From assembly GCA_910583685.1 (NCBI GenBank), contig CAJTXY010000004.1:1-62053 (forward strand): DNA of 62,053 nucleotides, given 5' to 3'. Below, piece by piece: positions 26,427-34,632 of this stretch. The DNA comes from an uncultured Bacilli bacterium. Its GTDB lineage: Bacteria > Bacillota_I > Bacilli_A > RF39 > UBA660. A model generated the notes under the pieces. It did not search any database and was not told the origin of the DNA. It saw only the letters and a program-made list of their open reading frames with translations. Numbering within the stretch: position 1 is the stretch's first letter; the number at the start of each line of letters is the position of its first letter. Both the position numbers and the translations under genes were made by a program.

Positions 26427-27859
26427 TCTTCCACCTCTTCAAAAAATTCTTTAAATATAGCCATTAATACATTTACAACAATACTATCGCCAGCCAGATG
26501 ATAAAGACTGCTATTACTTTGATTTTTAGAAATCTTTTCAAAATCCTCATCTTTTACTCCCATAAGTCGAAAGCATTCATGAGGTGTTAATTTACGTATT
26601 CTTAAATTTGTATCTTGTGTTGCTGTTACTGTTCCATGATTTTCCATCACAGTAGGAGAACAACCTTTGCTATCAACTATTCTACTTGCATTGTAATTGC
26701 TAGGACTGTAATTGCCTATTGTGACAACGCCCAAACTATTCTGAGTAGTAAGTGTTTGAGCTTTATTCTTTTGAACTCTACCTCTACGAGTCTTAGATTT
26801 TGGCTGTGTAAAATCTATACAGTCGCCTTCTGACGCTTCTTCGTAACCTTTTTGTGTATTAGTTTTAACTTTAATAAAATTGTCGTCCATACGACTACAA
26901 GCTCGAGTTGTTATTGTTTTAGCTATAACATTTCCATCTGATACCCCGAATTTAAAACCATTGCCTTTTTCTTGTTGTTTCTTTTCATTTTTATAAAAGA
27001 GGTTAATTATTTTCTCTGATAAGTAATATGTTTCACTTACATTTTCCTCTAATAAATCTTTAAGTTTTATTTTTAGTGGCTGATTTCGTGGAAATGTATA
27101 ACTATAATCTCCCAAAATGCTAATCATAAAACATCGATTTCTTGTTTGTGGAATTTCATAATCTGTTGCTATTAAGTCTTTCACATAGTTTTTATAACCT
27201 AGTTTTTCTAATCTTAACTGCCATTTATTAAAATCTTCAATATTATCTTGGCTATGTACTTGTGGCACATTCTCCATTAAAAGTATCTGAGGCAATTCTC
27301 CTAGTTCTTGACACTCACTTAATATTCTTTCTACTTCCCACAACAAACCGCTTCTAGTTGAAGTATCAGACATTCCTTTCCTTTTCCCAGCTAATGATAG
27401 ATCCTGGCAAGGAAATGAGTATGTTAATATATAATCATACTTATCTTTATCTACTATTTTTAAATCTGTAGCTTTCACTCTTTTAATATCAGTTAAATTC
27501 TTAGTAGCGCTTATATTATTGTAAATCTTTTTAAAATTACGTCTTTTTAGTTGTTCTCTTGTTGCAGAATCATTGTAGTTTATACTCACACCAAGTTCAA
27601 TCAATTTATCTAAAATCTCATCATCAGAAATATTTTTTGAATAATCAGTATAATCTTGAAAATGCAAGTCATTATATGCTTGTATAGAATTAATAGCCCA
27701 TTCACATATTTTCCAGTATTCAAACTTTACACCTAAATATTTTAATGCTAAAGCTTGACTACCATAACCAGCGAAAAGTTCTATAAGTCTTATTGGTTTT
27801 GTTATTTTATACCTCGGATATAAAAAATCAAATATCGTATAATTTATAAAACTATACAT
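26405..27859 (-). CDS. DNA (cytosine-5) methyltransferase, long variable region (possibly multispecific)
   Basis: Motif I ELFAGYGS, IV SFPCQDLS, VI LMENVPQ, VIII QTRNRCFMI, IX LTPHECFRLMG, X GDSIVVNV. Confidence 0.9.
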   Translation of the reverse strand: MYSFINYTIFDFLYPRYKITKPIRLIELFAGYGSQALALKYLGVKFEYWKICEWAINSIQAYNDLHFQDYTDYSKNISDDEILDKLIELGVSINYNDSATREQLKRRNFKKIYNNISATKNLTDIKRVKATDLKIVDKDKYDYILTYSFPCQDLSLAGKRKGMSDTSTRSGLLWEVERILSECQELGELPQILLMENVPQVHSQDNIEDFNKWQLRLEKLGYKNYVKDLIATDYEIPQTRNRCFMISILGDYSYTFPRNQPLKIKLKDLLEENVSETYYLSEKIINLFYKNEKKQQEKGNGFKFGVSDGNVIAKTITTRACSRMDDNFIKVKTNTQKGYEEASEGDCIDFTQPKSKTRRGRVQKNKAQTLTTQNSLGVVTIGNYSPSNYNASRIVDSKGCSPTVMENHGTVTATQDTNLRIRKLTPHECFRLMGVKDEDFEKISKNQSNSSLYHLAGDSIVVNVLMAIFKEFFEEVEECKKITI

Positions 27860-28043
27860 TTTCTCTCTCTAAGGACATAGTTTTACTACTTGTATCATTT
27901 TCAACTTTTTTAATAAAAATAAATCCTTTTTCATCTGGCTTATGCTCATTTTTGAAAAAACATTCTTTATGGCCTCGTTCAGATTCACATAAATAGAATC
28001 TCTCATATTCTTTAATTACTTTATATTTCACTCTTTTTCCCAA
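27852..28043 (-). CDS. hypothetical 63-aa protein (paralogue of 28268..28390)
   Basis: KYKVIKEYERFYLCESERGHKECFFKNEHK is shared with the 40-aa ORF. Confidence 0.55.
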   Translation of the reverse strand: MGKRVKYKVIKEYERFYLCESERGHKECFFKNEHKPDEKGFIFIKKVENDTSSKTMSLERENV

Positions 28044-28264
28044 CTCTTTTCTTTTAACTTATTAATTGCACAGTTATTTGAACAGAAGTCCATACTAACT
28101 CTCGTATACATTCCTCCGATAAAAAACTTTCGTAAACCATATTTATCTATTCTAATTAAATCTTCACTTTTCAAAATAACTTTCCCACAATTATCACAAA
28201 TCGTTATAATTTTTTTTTCATAATACCTCCTAATTTTCATACTTTGAATTTTACATAATGACAT
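28028..28264 (-). CDS. hypothetical 78-aa zinc-ribbon-like protein
   Basis: CDNCGK...CSNNC cysteine pairs. Its first 19 nt lie inside the 24-bp repeat. Confidence 0.5.
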   Translation of the reverse strand: MSLCKIQSMKIRRYYEKKIITICDNCGKVILKSEDLIRIDKYGLRKFFIGGMYTRVSMDFCSNNCAINKLKEKSWEKE

Positions 28265-28269
28265 AATTC
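28246..28269. repeat. 24-bp direct repeat copy A (GAATTTTACATAATGACATAATTC)
   Basis: Perfectly identical to 29717..29740. Confidence 0.95.
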
Positions 28270-28390
28270 ACATTTCAAAACCTTCCATATCATCTTGCTT
28301 ATGCTCATTTTTGAAAAAACATTCTTCATGTCCCTGTTTGGATTCACATAAGTAAAATCTATCATATTCCTTAATTACTTTATACTTCAT
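28268..28390 (-). CDS. hypothetical 40-aa protein (truncated paralogue of 27852..28043)
   Basis: Below the ORF-track cutoff. Hand translation gives MKYKVIKEYDRFYLCESKQGHEECFFKNEHKQDDMEGFEM. ATGA overlap with the upstream gene. Confidence 0.5.
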   Translation of the reverse strand: MKYKVIKEYDRFYLCESKQGHEECFFKNEHKQDDMEGFEM

Positions 28391-28602
28391 TTTTTTATCA
28401 CATCCCTCAATTCTAGAACTAACAATCCTAATATGCAAAATAACAATGTGTCGTTCAAACTATAGTAAATAAAACTTATGATCGTTCCAAAAAAACATAT
28501 AAAAATAATTATATTCAATAAGGGAATTCCAATTATATTAAAAAGAATAGTAAATGTTTTTTCAATTGTATTCCAGATATCATTCATATTGCTATTTATC
28601 AC
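28387..28602 (-). CDS. small 2-TM membrane protein
   Basis: 71 aa with two hydrophobic helices. Overlaps the lipoprotein gene. Confidence 0.55.
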   Translation of the reverse strand: MINSNMNDIWNTIEKTFTILFNIIGIPLLNIIIFICFFGTIISFIYYSLNDTLLFCILGLLVLELRDVIKK

Positions 28603-29002
28603 CCTTTTCAGTTTCGATTTTTATAGGAATAATACTTTCCGGCTTAAATACTATTTCATAATCATATTTTGAAACTTCGCTATAATCTAATTGTTCAACA
28701 GTATAAGTAGTTTCATCTGATAATCTCAAAAAGTGTTTTTGATATTTATCCTCTCCAACTTTACAAACTACTTCTAATTGTTTATCAGTATTATCTGTTT
28801 CTATTGAACAATTACCTACTATTTCAAATAAATAACTATCACTTCTTAAATTTATAAATACTATTCTTCTTTTTGTTTTAAATGAATCTGCTTCTTTACT
28901 AACGTTATACGAAGCTACATCCGAATCCCTTTGAAATGCACATCCAGTCATTAGAAAAGCCATTATTAAAATCGTTATCAAGAACTGCCATCCCTTTTTC
29001 AT
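28592..29002 (-). CDS. lipoprotein (candidate superinfection-exclusion factor)
   Basis: Signal peptide with a lipobox-like LMTGC. 136 aa. Confidence 0.7.
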   Translation of the reverse strand: MKKGWQFLITILIMAFLMTGCAFQRDSDVASYNVSKEADSFKTKRRIVFINLRSDSYLFEIVGNCSIETDNTDKQLEVVCKVGEDKYQKHFLRLSDETTYTVEQLDYSEVSKYDYEIVFKPESIIPIKIETEKGDK

Positions 29003-29094
29003 TATCTAATACCTCCGAAAAATATTGATATAACTATTGCGATGATAATTACTATCGCTAATATTTCAATTAATGTAAATCCTTTATTATTCAT
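29002..29094 (-). CDS. 30-aa prepilin-like peptide (type IV pilin N-terminal cleavage/methylation motif only)
   Basis: Hand translation gives MNNKGFTLIEILAIVIIIAIVISIFFGGIR. It fills the gap exactly: TAAATG junction with the upstream gene and TAATG overlap with the lipoprotein start. Confidence 0.6.
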   Translation of the reverse strand: MNNKGFTLIEILAIVIIIAIVISIFFGGIR

Positions 29095-29361
29095 TTAAGC
29101 TTCCTCCCTTAACTCTAATTCAACACCGTCAATGTTTCCTTCTAATTTATTGATACAATGAGTAACTAATTTATCGAAATCACTATCTAAGCCACGAAAA
29201 TACTCTAAAACTCTTTTTACGCTAGCAACTCGATATTCTAATATTTCAAATTGAATTTCTTTATCTAATTTCGTTACTGTTTCTATATGTTCGTCTCGTT
29301 GTTTTCTTTTATTTTCGATAGAGTCATATATATTTAATAATTTATTTTTATCGAAATCCAT
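29095..29361 (-). CDS. hypothetical 88-aa protein
   Basis: ORF 2 nt from the upstream gene. Confidence 0.55.
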   Translation of the reverse strand: MDFDKNKLLNIYDSIENKRKQRDEHIETVTKLDKEIQFEILEYRVASVKRVLEYFRGLDSDFDKLVTHCINKLEGNIDGVELELREEA

Positions 29362-29363
29362 AT

Positions 29364-29690
29364 TTACACCTTACTTTCTTTTAATAATTCTTGATATCTT
29401 TTTATATGATTTTTATATTTATAGAAATTTCTATAATCTATAAAAGTTTTAATGTTAAGTGAAAATTGAGATTCTGCTGCATACATACTACGACCACTAG
29501 TAATAGATAACCCTGTTAACGGATCTATTACATACCACTTACGATCATTTTTATTGTAGTAAATAAATACTGCTTCCGCTTGTAAAGTTTTAAAATAACC
29601 TAATACTTCAGTTATTGTAACCATATCCACACCTAAATCAGAGGTAAAACATGTTAATACCTTAAACGGTTTTCTCCTCATTTTTCCCAT
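29364..29690 (-). CDS. hypothetical 108-aa protein
   Basis: ORF with a GAGGTG Shine-Dalgarno. Confidence 0.55.
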   Translation of the reverse strand: MGKMRRKPFKVLTCFTSDLGVDMVTITEVLGYFKTLQAEAVFIYYNKNDRKWYVIDPLTGLSITSGRSMYAAESQFSLNIKTFIDYRNFYKYKNHIKRYQELLKESKV

Positions 29691-29716
29691 TTCGACACCT
29701 CAATTCTTACTATTAC

Positions 29717-29740
29717 GAATTTTACATAATGACATAATTC
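29717..29740. repeat. 24-bp direct repeat copy B
   Basis: Identical to 28246..28269. Lies in non-coding DNA 200 bp downstream of the orphan recombinase gene. Confidence 0.95.
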
Positions 29741-29826
29741 TGTTAAATTAGAAATTCATATATAAAATTCACTATTTTCCCTTGATTTTATAAACGATTA
29801 GTCATTATTAGAAAACTATTACTTTT

Positions 29827-29922
29827 CTAACTAATATACAAAAACTCATTTTGTAACATTACTATTTCAAAAAATATATTTTCATACTTTGCATTTAATA
29901 AATCTATAACTTCTATTTTCAT
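29827..29922 (-). CDS. possible 31-aa ORF
   Basis: AAGAGG lies 9 nt upstream of the ATG, right after the recombinase stop. Confidence 0.25.
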   Translation of the reverse strand: MKIEVIDLLNAKYENIFFEIVMLQNEFLYIS

Positions 29923-29941
29923 TTTTCAAAACCTCTTTCTT

Positions 29942-30559
29942 TTATAAATAAAATTCTTTACGGGACTTTTGTTGATCGGCATCATCCCAACATATATAAA
30001 TTAATGTAATCTGTGGACTCGAATGATTGAGCATTTGCTGAAGCGTAATTAAATCATGTGTATTTTCGTAAAATGTTCTAGCAAAACATTTCCGTAAACT
30101 ATGGCAGCCAATTAAATACTTGATCCCAACTTCATCAGCATAGTCTTTAATACGTATCCATGCATTTTGTCGAGAAATAGGCTTATTAGTTCCCTTTCTT
30201 GATTGAAATAAAAATTCATCTTCATATAAATTATTTCTATTAATATAATCAATAACCTCTTTATGCAGCTTATCGTTTAGTTCCCAATATTGTTCCTTTT
30301 TTGTTTTACTTTCACGCACATACATAGTACCTTTTAATAACAGATCATTAACTCTTAATTGCAGCAAATCTTGGATTCTAAACGCAGTGTTTAACCCGAG
30401 TTTAATCATTAACCAATCACGATCATACATTCTTTTTTCATCTTCGTTTTCTGTATTATCACGTTTCTTTTTGATTAGAATCATCATATTTTTAACGTCT
30501 TCAACTTTAAAAGGTCTTACTGTTTTTCGCCCATAATTTACTTTAAAATAACGAGACAA
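29942..30559 (-). CDS. small tyrosine recombinase (catalytic domain only, 205 aa), TTG start
   Basis: NTAFRIQDLLQLRVNDL (Arg I region), HSLRKCFARTF (HxxR), LNHSSPQITLIYI (His/Tyr region). GGGGA lies 9 nt before the TTG. Confidence 0.75.
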   Translation of the reverse strand: MSRYFKVNYGRKTVRPFKVEDVKNMMILIKKKRDNTENEDEKRMYDRDWLMIKLGLNTAFRIQDLLQLRVNDLLLKGTMYVRESKTKKEQYWELNDKLHKEVIDYINRNNLYEDEFLFQSRKGTNKPISRQNAWIRIKDYADEVGIKYLIGCHSLRKCFARTFYENTHDLITLQQMLNHSSPQITLIYICWDDADQQKSRKEFYL

Positions 30560-30575
30560 TCACAACCATCCCCTT

Positions 30576-30755
30576 TCATTTCTTCTTTAATTCTTCTACA
30601 TACTTTTTACATCTTGATTCTTGATAAAATTCATTAATTGGTAATGTATAACAATAATGATCATTCATCATTTCTTTTACTTCTAAGTAAATTCCCATAA
30701 CTATCATTCCAATTCCTAGAATCAAGCATATATAAGCAATATTAATATTTTTCAT
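30576..30755 (-). CDS. possible 59-aa membrane protein
   Basis: Just below the track cutoff. MKNINIAYICLILGIGMIVMGIY hydrophobic helix. Fills the gap. Confidence 0.4.
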   Translation of the reverse strand: MKNINIAYICLILGIGMIVMGIYLEVKEMMNDHYCYTLPINEFYQESRCKKYVEELKKK

Positions 30756-30769
30756 AACAACCTCTTTAT

Positions 30770-30988
30770 TTAATTTCTTTTTTTTAGTATACTTTCTATT
30801 GAATTTTCATAAAGATACACTATATATCGTTTTTTATTTTTTAAAATCGTTTTACTAGCAAGGTATAACTCGAATGACGTAAATCTATGTGCATCTTCAT
30901 AATTTTCTGTAAATTTATTCTTATTATTTTTAAAATAACTGTTAGATAAATACATTTTTTTAATTTTATCTCTTACTATAAACTTCAT
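30770..30988 (-). CDS. hypothetical 72-aa protein
   Basis: ORF 30770..31033 trimmed to ATG 30988 with an AAGGAGAG Shine-Dalgarno. Confidence 0.5.
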   Translation of the reverse strand: MKFIVRDKIKKMYLSNSYFKNNKNKFTENYEDAHRFTSFELYLASKTILKNKKRYIVYLYENSIESILKKRN

Positions 30989-31145
30989 TTTTCTCTCCTT
31001 TTTGAAAAAGTACACAGCCAAACTCATAGTCACAAACTCGCTGAATATTTTAATTTAACGCAATCATTTTTTATACAAGAAAGGAGTTTTAAATAATTTA
31101 AATGAATAATATATATGAGGTGAATGACTATTTTTAAAATTAAAC

Positions 31146-31583
31146 TTACTTTTTCCTTTTATTAATTGCTTTCAATCTTTTATCATACTGATTTACTGTT
31201 TTTTTCGGATGTATTTTATCGTGACAATCTTTATAGCTTTCTAATATACACTTTATTTTTACTAATTCCGATGATAATTTATTATTTTGCTTTTTTAAAC
31301 CTCCATTTTTGGCATATGATGACTGTAATTTTTTTGACATAGTTATTAACGATTCTTGTAAGTGTTCTACTTGTAACTTTAATGAATCACATTGTTCTAA
31401 TAGATTGACATTAGTTTTAATCAACTTGTCATTTTCTTTTTGAACTTGTCCCTTTTGTAAAACTTCATTTTCCAGTTCTCTTTCCAAGTCCTTTTCTTTT
31501 TGCAAATGATCTCTTATTGAATCATCGCCTTGCTTTATTTGACCTAGCAAATCTTCATAAGTAGAATTAAATAATATTTTCAT
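31146..31583 (-). CDS. coiled-coil protein
   Basis: ORF trimmed to the ATG after AAGGAG. Heptad-rich sequence. Confidence 0.5.
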   Translation of the reverse strand: MKILFNSTYEDLLGQIKQGDDSIRDHLQKEKDLERELENEVLQKGQVQKENDKLIKTNVNLLEQCDSLKLQVEHLQESLITMSKKLQSSYAKNGGLKKQNNKLSSELVKIKCILESYKDCHDKIHPKKTVNQYDKRLKAINKRKK

Positions 31584-31854
31584 TATCATTCTTCTCCTTC
31601 TTTTTTGCATTATATTTATCAATAATTACTTGATTTATCTTATTTCGCGCTTCATTTGTTATGGGATGGACGATGTCTATATATTTTTTTTCTTCTGTTT
31701 TCCTTGAGGGCATTGCAATAAATAATCCTTTATCTCCATCAAAGATCCGAATATTATGAATCGCAATTTCATCATCAATAATAATTGTCGCTAATCCTCT
31801 TAATCTTGAATCCTCTTTTTCTATTCTTATAACATTTACATTTGTTATTTCCAT
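31567..31854 (-). CDS. spoVG: SpoVG-family nucleic-acid-binding regulator
   Basis: MEITNVNVIRIEKEDSRLRGLATIIIDDEIAIHNIRIFDGDKGLFIAMPSRKT...DIVHPI aligns by eye with bacterial SpoVG. Confidence 0.8.
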   Translation of the reverse strand: MEITNVNVIRIEKEDSRLRGLATIIIDDEIAIHNIRIFDGDKGLFIAMPSRKTEEKKYIDIVHPITNEARNKINQVIIDKYNAKKKEKNDNENII

Positions 31855-31872
31855 TTTCTTTCCTTCTTTCTT

Positions 31873-32040
31873 TTATAAAAATATTTTATTGATAATTAAT
31901 AGTAAAAAATTGTATTGTCTAACTGTCATATCCATTAGACAATCAATGTTACATATACTTAAAATCCATTCATACTTAATTGAATTTTTTTCTAATGATT
32001 TCAACAATGTATTGAACTGTTGACTATTTATTTTTTCCAT
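31873..32040 (-). CDS. possible 55-aa protein
   Basis: Below the track cutoff. Fills the dnaB-spoVG gap. GGAGG lies 11 nt upstream. Confidence 0.4.
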   Translation of the reverse strand: MEKINSQQFNTLLKSLEKNSIKYEWILSICNIDCLMDMTVRQYNFLLLIINKIFL

Positions 32041-32045
32041 TTTTA

Positions 32046-33302
32046 TTATTTCCTCCAGAAATTAGGCTCTTTAGATTGCTGTTTTAATTCATCAAATCTT
32101 TGATTTTCTTTGTTATATTTTAGTTTTGTAATTCCTAACTGCCCATTTCTATTTTTTCCAATAATAATTTCGATTTCAATTTCTTTCTTTGATCTATTAC
32201 TTTCACTATTTTCATCATGCAGCAATAAAACTGTTGTTGCTGATTGTTCTAATTCTCCACTATCACGTAATTCGCTAATGTTTGGTCTTTTCTTTTGGTC
32301 CTGATTACGACTTAACTGACTAACTAGAAATATCGTACAATTGCAATCAAGTGATAACTGCCTTAATTCTTTTACAATTGATGTAACCTTTTCATAAGTT
32401 GTACCTTTTTCAAGTGATTTAATTAAGCCAACATGATCAATAAAAACAATAGTATGCTCATCTTTAGCTTCTAACATCACTTTATGTCTAATGTTTGAAA
32501 CAGTTGGAACTTGATTAAATATTTTTATTTTCTTTTTTGAAATATTTTCACAACCCATTTTAATCATTTCAAATTGATACTCCGTTTTTGGATTATCGTG
32601 ATATTTTGTAGCAACGCCAGTATTAATCCCAACAAGTCTTTGATAAACCTGTTTTTCTGACATTTCCATATTGAAATATAAACAATTGTATTTTTCTGAT
32701 AATTCTTCCATAATATTTAAACAAAAGCCTGATTTTCCGATTCCAGTTCGTGCTGCCAAAATAACAAGATCGTGTTCTTGAATATTCGCTAGTTCTGATA
32801 GTTTTCTGAATCTAAATTGTAAATTTTTACTTTTAGAATTTATCATAGAAAATATTTCATCTTTTGTTAATCTATCACTATCCGTTTTAAATCCCATCGC
32901 TTCGTATTTATGAATACTTTGAAGTAATTCCTCTGTTGATATTTTTTGTTTTTGAAATTGGTTGATAGAATTCAAAATCTGATGTTCTATATATCTAGCA
33001 AACAAAGTTTCTTGATAATAATCAATAGTGTTAACTATATATGTATTTCCCATTAATAAACCTAGCTTAGTTATAATGTCGTCAATTTTGAATCTATCAT
33101 TAAATAAGTGTTTATAATTTTCTGCTAACGCAACAATATTAACTGTATTAGAATCTTGCCATTGCCTTTTAAATAAATTAAATATAAATTTATTTGTCAC
33201 ATCCAAGAAACAGTAATCTGAAATTACTACTTTCTTCATTTGTTCTGGTTTCAAAAGTATATTAGCTAAAAATTCTTCTTCTATTCCATAATGCATAATC
33301 AA
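32046..33302 (-). CDS. replicative DNA helicase (DnaB-like)
   Basis: Walker A AARTGIGKSGF, Walker B VFIDHVGL, SQLSR motif. Confidence 0.85.
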   Translation of the reverse strand: MIMHYGIEEEFLANILLKPEQMKKVVISDYCFLDVTNKFIFNLFKRQWQDSNTVNIVALAENYKHLFNDRFKIDDIITKLGLLMGNTYIVNTIDYYQETLFARYIEHQILNSINQFQKQKISTEELLQSIHKYEAMGFKTDSDRLTKDEIFSMINSKSKNLQFRFRKLSELANIQEHDLVILAARTGIGKSGFCLNIMEELSEKYNCLYFNMEMSEKQVYQRLVGINTGVATKYHDNPKTEYQFEMIKMGCENISKKKIKIFNQVPTVSNIRHKVMLEAKDEHTIVFIDHVGLIKSLEKGTTYEKVTSIVKELRQLSLDCNCTIFLVSQLSRNQDQKKRPNISELRDSGELEQSATTVLLLHDENSESNRSKKEIEIEIIIGKNRNGQLGITKLKYNKENQRFDELKQQSKEPNFWRK

Positions 33303-34063
33303 AATACCTCATAGCCATCATAATAATCTGTGCCCAGTGTTCCTGTTTGTTTCATAGGCTGATTACACTTTCGACTATTTCGATTATTAAAATTATCAAT
33401 ATATTTCCTTGCTTCTGCAATAGTTCTGACATTTGCTTTCTTCCAATTGTAAATAATCCTATCAATATATTTCATAGAAAACTGCCCTTTGGTCACAGCC
33501 TCTGACAAAGCAAGTTTTAAAATATCGAATGAATAATCCCATGTCTTAATCATTTCAATCTCTATGGGACTAATCATTCTTCCAAATTCTTTTTCGATAA
33601 CTGGAAATATTTGTAAGAAGATTTCATCGCTCATCTGAAATTGTTCCAATTCACTTGTTGGAAGTTCATTCTCTATATTATTACTACTATTATTACTTAT
33701 ATTATTATCCTTGACTTTTTCGTCAATAGGGTATTGATTTTTTTGCATATAGGTATTGATTATTTCGTCAATAGGTATATCTTCTAAACAAATGATTCTT
33801 TTTTCTATTGCTTCTGTTGTTTTTTTCTTAATCATTTTAATAAAGACATATTTCTTTTTCACTAGTTTTGAAATCCATCTTGATATAGTCGCTTTATCTA
33901 CGTCGTATAAGTTTGCAAAGTAATTATTGCCAGCAAAGCAATAACCTTTGTGATTACATAAACTTGTGATTTCACTATATAATATTTTTGCATTTGGTTG
34001 CAAATCTTTATCATACCTGACATTGGCAGGTAAAACTGAATAATAATTGGGTTTTTCTTCCAT
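33299..34063 (-). CDS. replisome organiser / DnaD-domain replication initiation protein
   Basis: N-terminal wHTH (ATISRWISKL). C-terminal DnaD-like repeat (IEMIKTW...YIDRIIYNWKK). Overlaps the helicase gene. Confidence 0.75.
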   Translation of the reverse strand: MEEKPNYYSVLPANVRYDKDLQPNAKILYSEITSLCNHKGYCFAGNNYFANLYDVDKATISRWISKLVKKKYVFIKMIKKKTTEAIEKRIICLEDIPIDEIINTYMQKNQYPIDEKVKDNNISNNSSNNIENELPTSELEQFQMSDEIFLQIFPVIEKEFGRMISPIEIEMIKTWDYSFDILKLALSEAVTKGQFSMKYIDRIIYNWKKANVRTIAEARKYIDNFNNRNSRKCNQPMKQTGTLGTDYYDGYEVF

Positions 34064-34105
34064 ATTTCTCTCCCTTCACAAATTTACAACCGAACCTTAT
34101 TCCCC

Positions 34106-34396
34106 TTACTTTTTTTGTATATTAGCAATTTTTTTCAAGTAACTGATATTAATCTTGTAAAAATCTATAACTAAATCCATCGGAACTACATAAGCAGGTA
34201 ATTTGTAACCATCATTTTCTATCTTTTCTGCAATCTTTTGTCTATCGGATGCTGCTCTATTGAGACCAACAAAACCGATAATAGCCATATCATATTTAGT
34301 AGCCCACGGTTTTTGTATTATCTTTAATACCTCTTCTGCTGTCGCTGGTTCTCTCTTTGTCTTCGGTTTTCTACGTTTCTTCTCTTCTGATGTCAT
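34106..34396 (-). CDS. hypothetical 96-aa basic protein
   Basis: ORF in the early operon. Confidence 0.5.
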   Translation of the reverse strand: MTSEEKKRRKPKTKREPATAEEVLKIIQKPWATKYDMAIIGFVGLNRAASDRQKIAEKIENDGYKLPAYVVPMDLVIDFYKINISYLKKIANIQKK

Positions 34397-34397
34397 T

Positions 34398-34604
34398 TTA
34401 ATTACCTCTAATCATATAATTTCTAACTTCGTAATAAGGACAAGCATATCCCTTTTCATTGGAACATTCTTTAGCATATTCTTCGTAATTAGATATTTTT
34501 GCCATAATAAAATGGGCTAAGATAAATCCAATCACTGCAATAGCAGCAATAATAATAGTAACTTTAACCCGCTTTTTTGATCTTAATTTTTTCATACTTA
34601 TCAA
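34398..34604 (-). CDS. small membrane protein
   Basis: 68 aa with a single TM (VTIIIAAIAVIGFILAHFI). Confidence 0.5.
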   Translation of the reverse strand: MISMKKLRSKKRVKVTIIIAAIAVIGFILAHFIMAKISNYEEYAKECSNEKGYACPYYEVRNYMIRGN

Positions 34605-34618
34605 ATCCTTTCATAAGC

Positions 34619-34632
34619 CCTGGTAGACTTTT
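34619..34632. repeat. 14-bp inverted repeat, left copy (CCTGGTAGACTTTT)
   Basis: Exact reverse complement of 35495..35508. Confidence 0.9.

Noticed and set aside
26285-26467. 60-aa plus-strand ORF between the pentapeptide and methyltransferase genes
   Set aside because: It is antisense to a better-supported minus-strand small ORF and to the methyltransferase 3' end. Its translation is Leu-rich and looks like an artefact.
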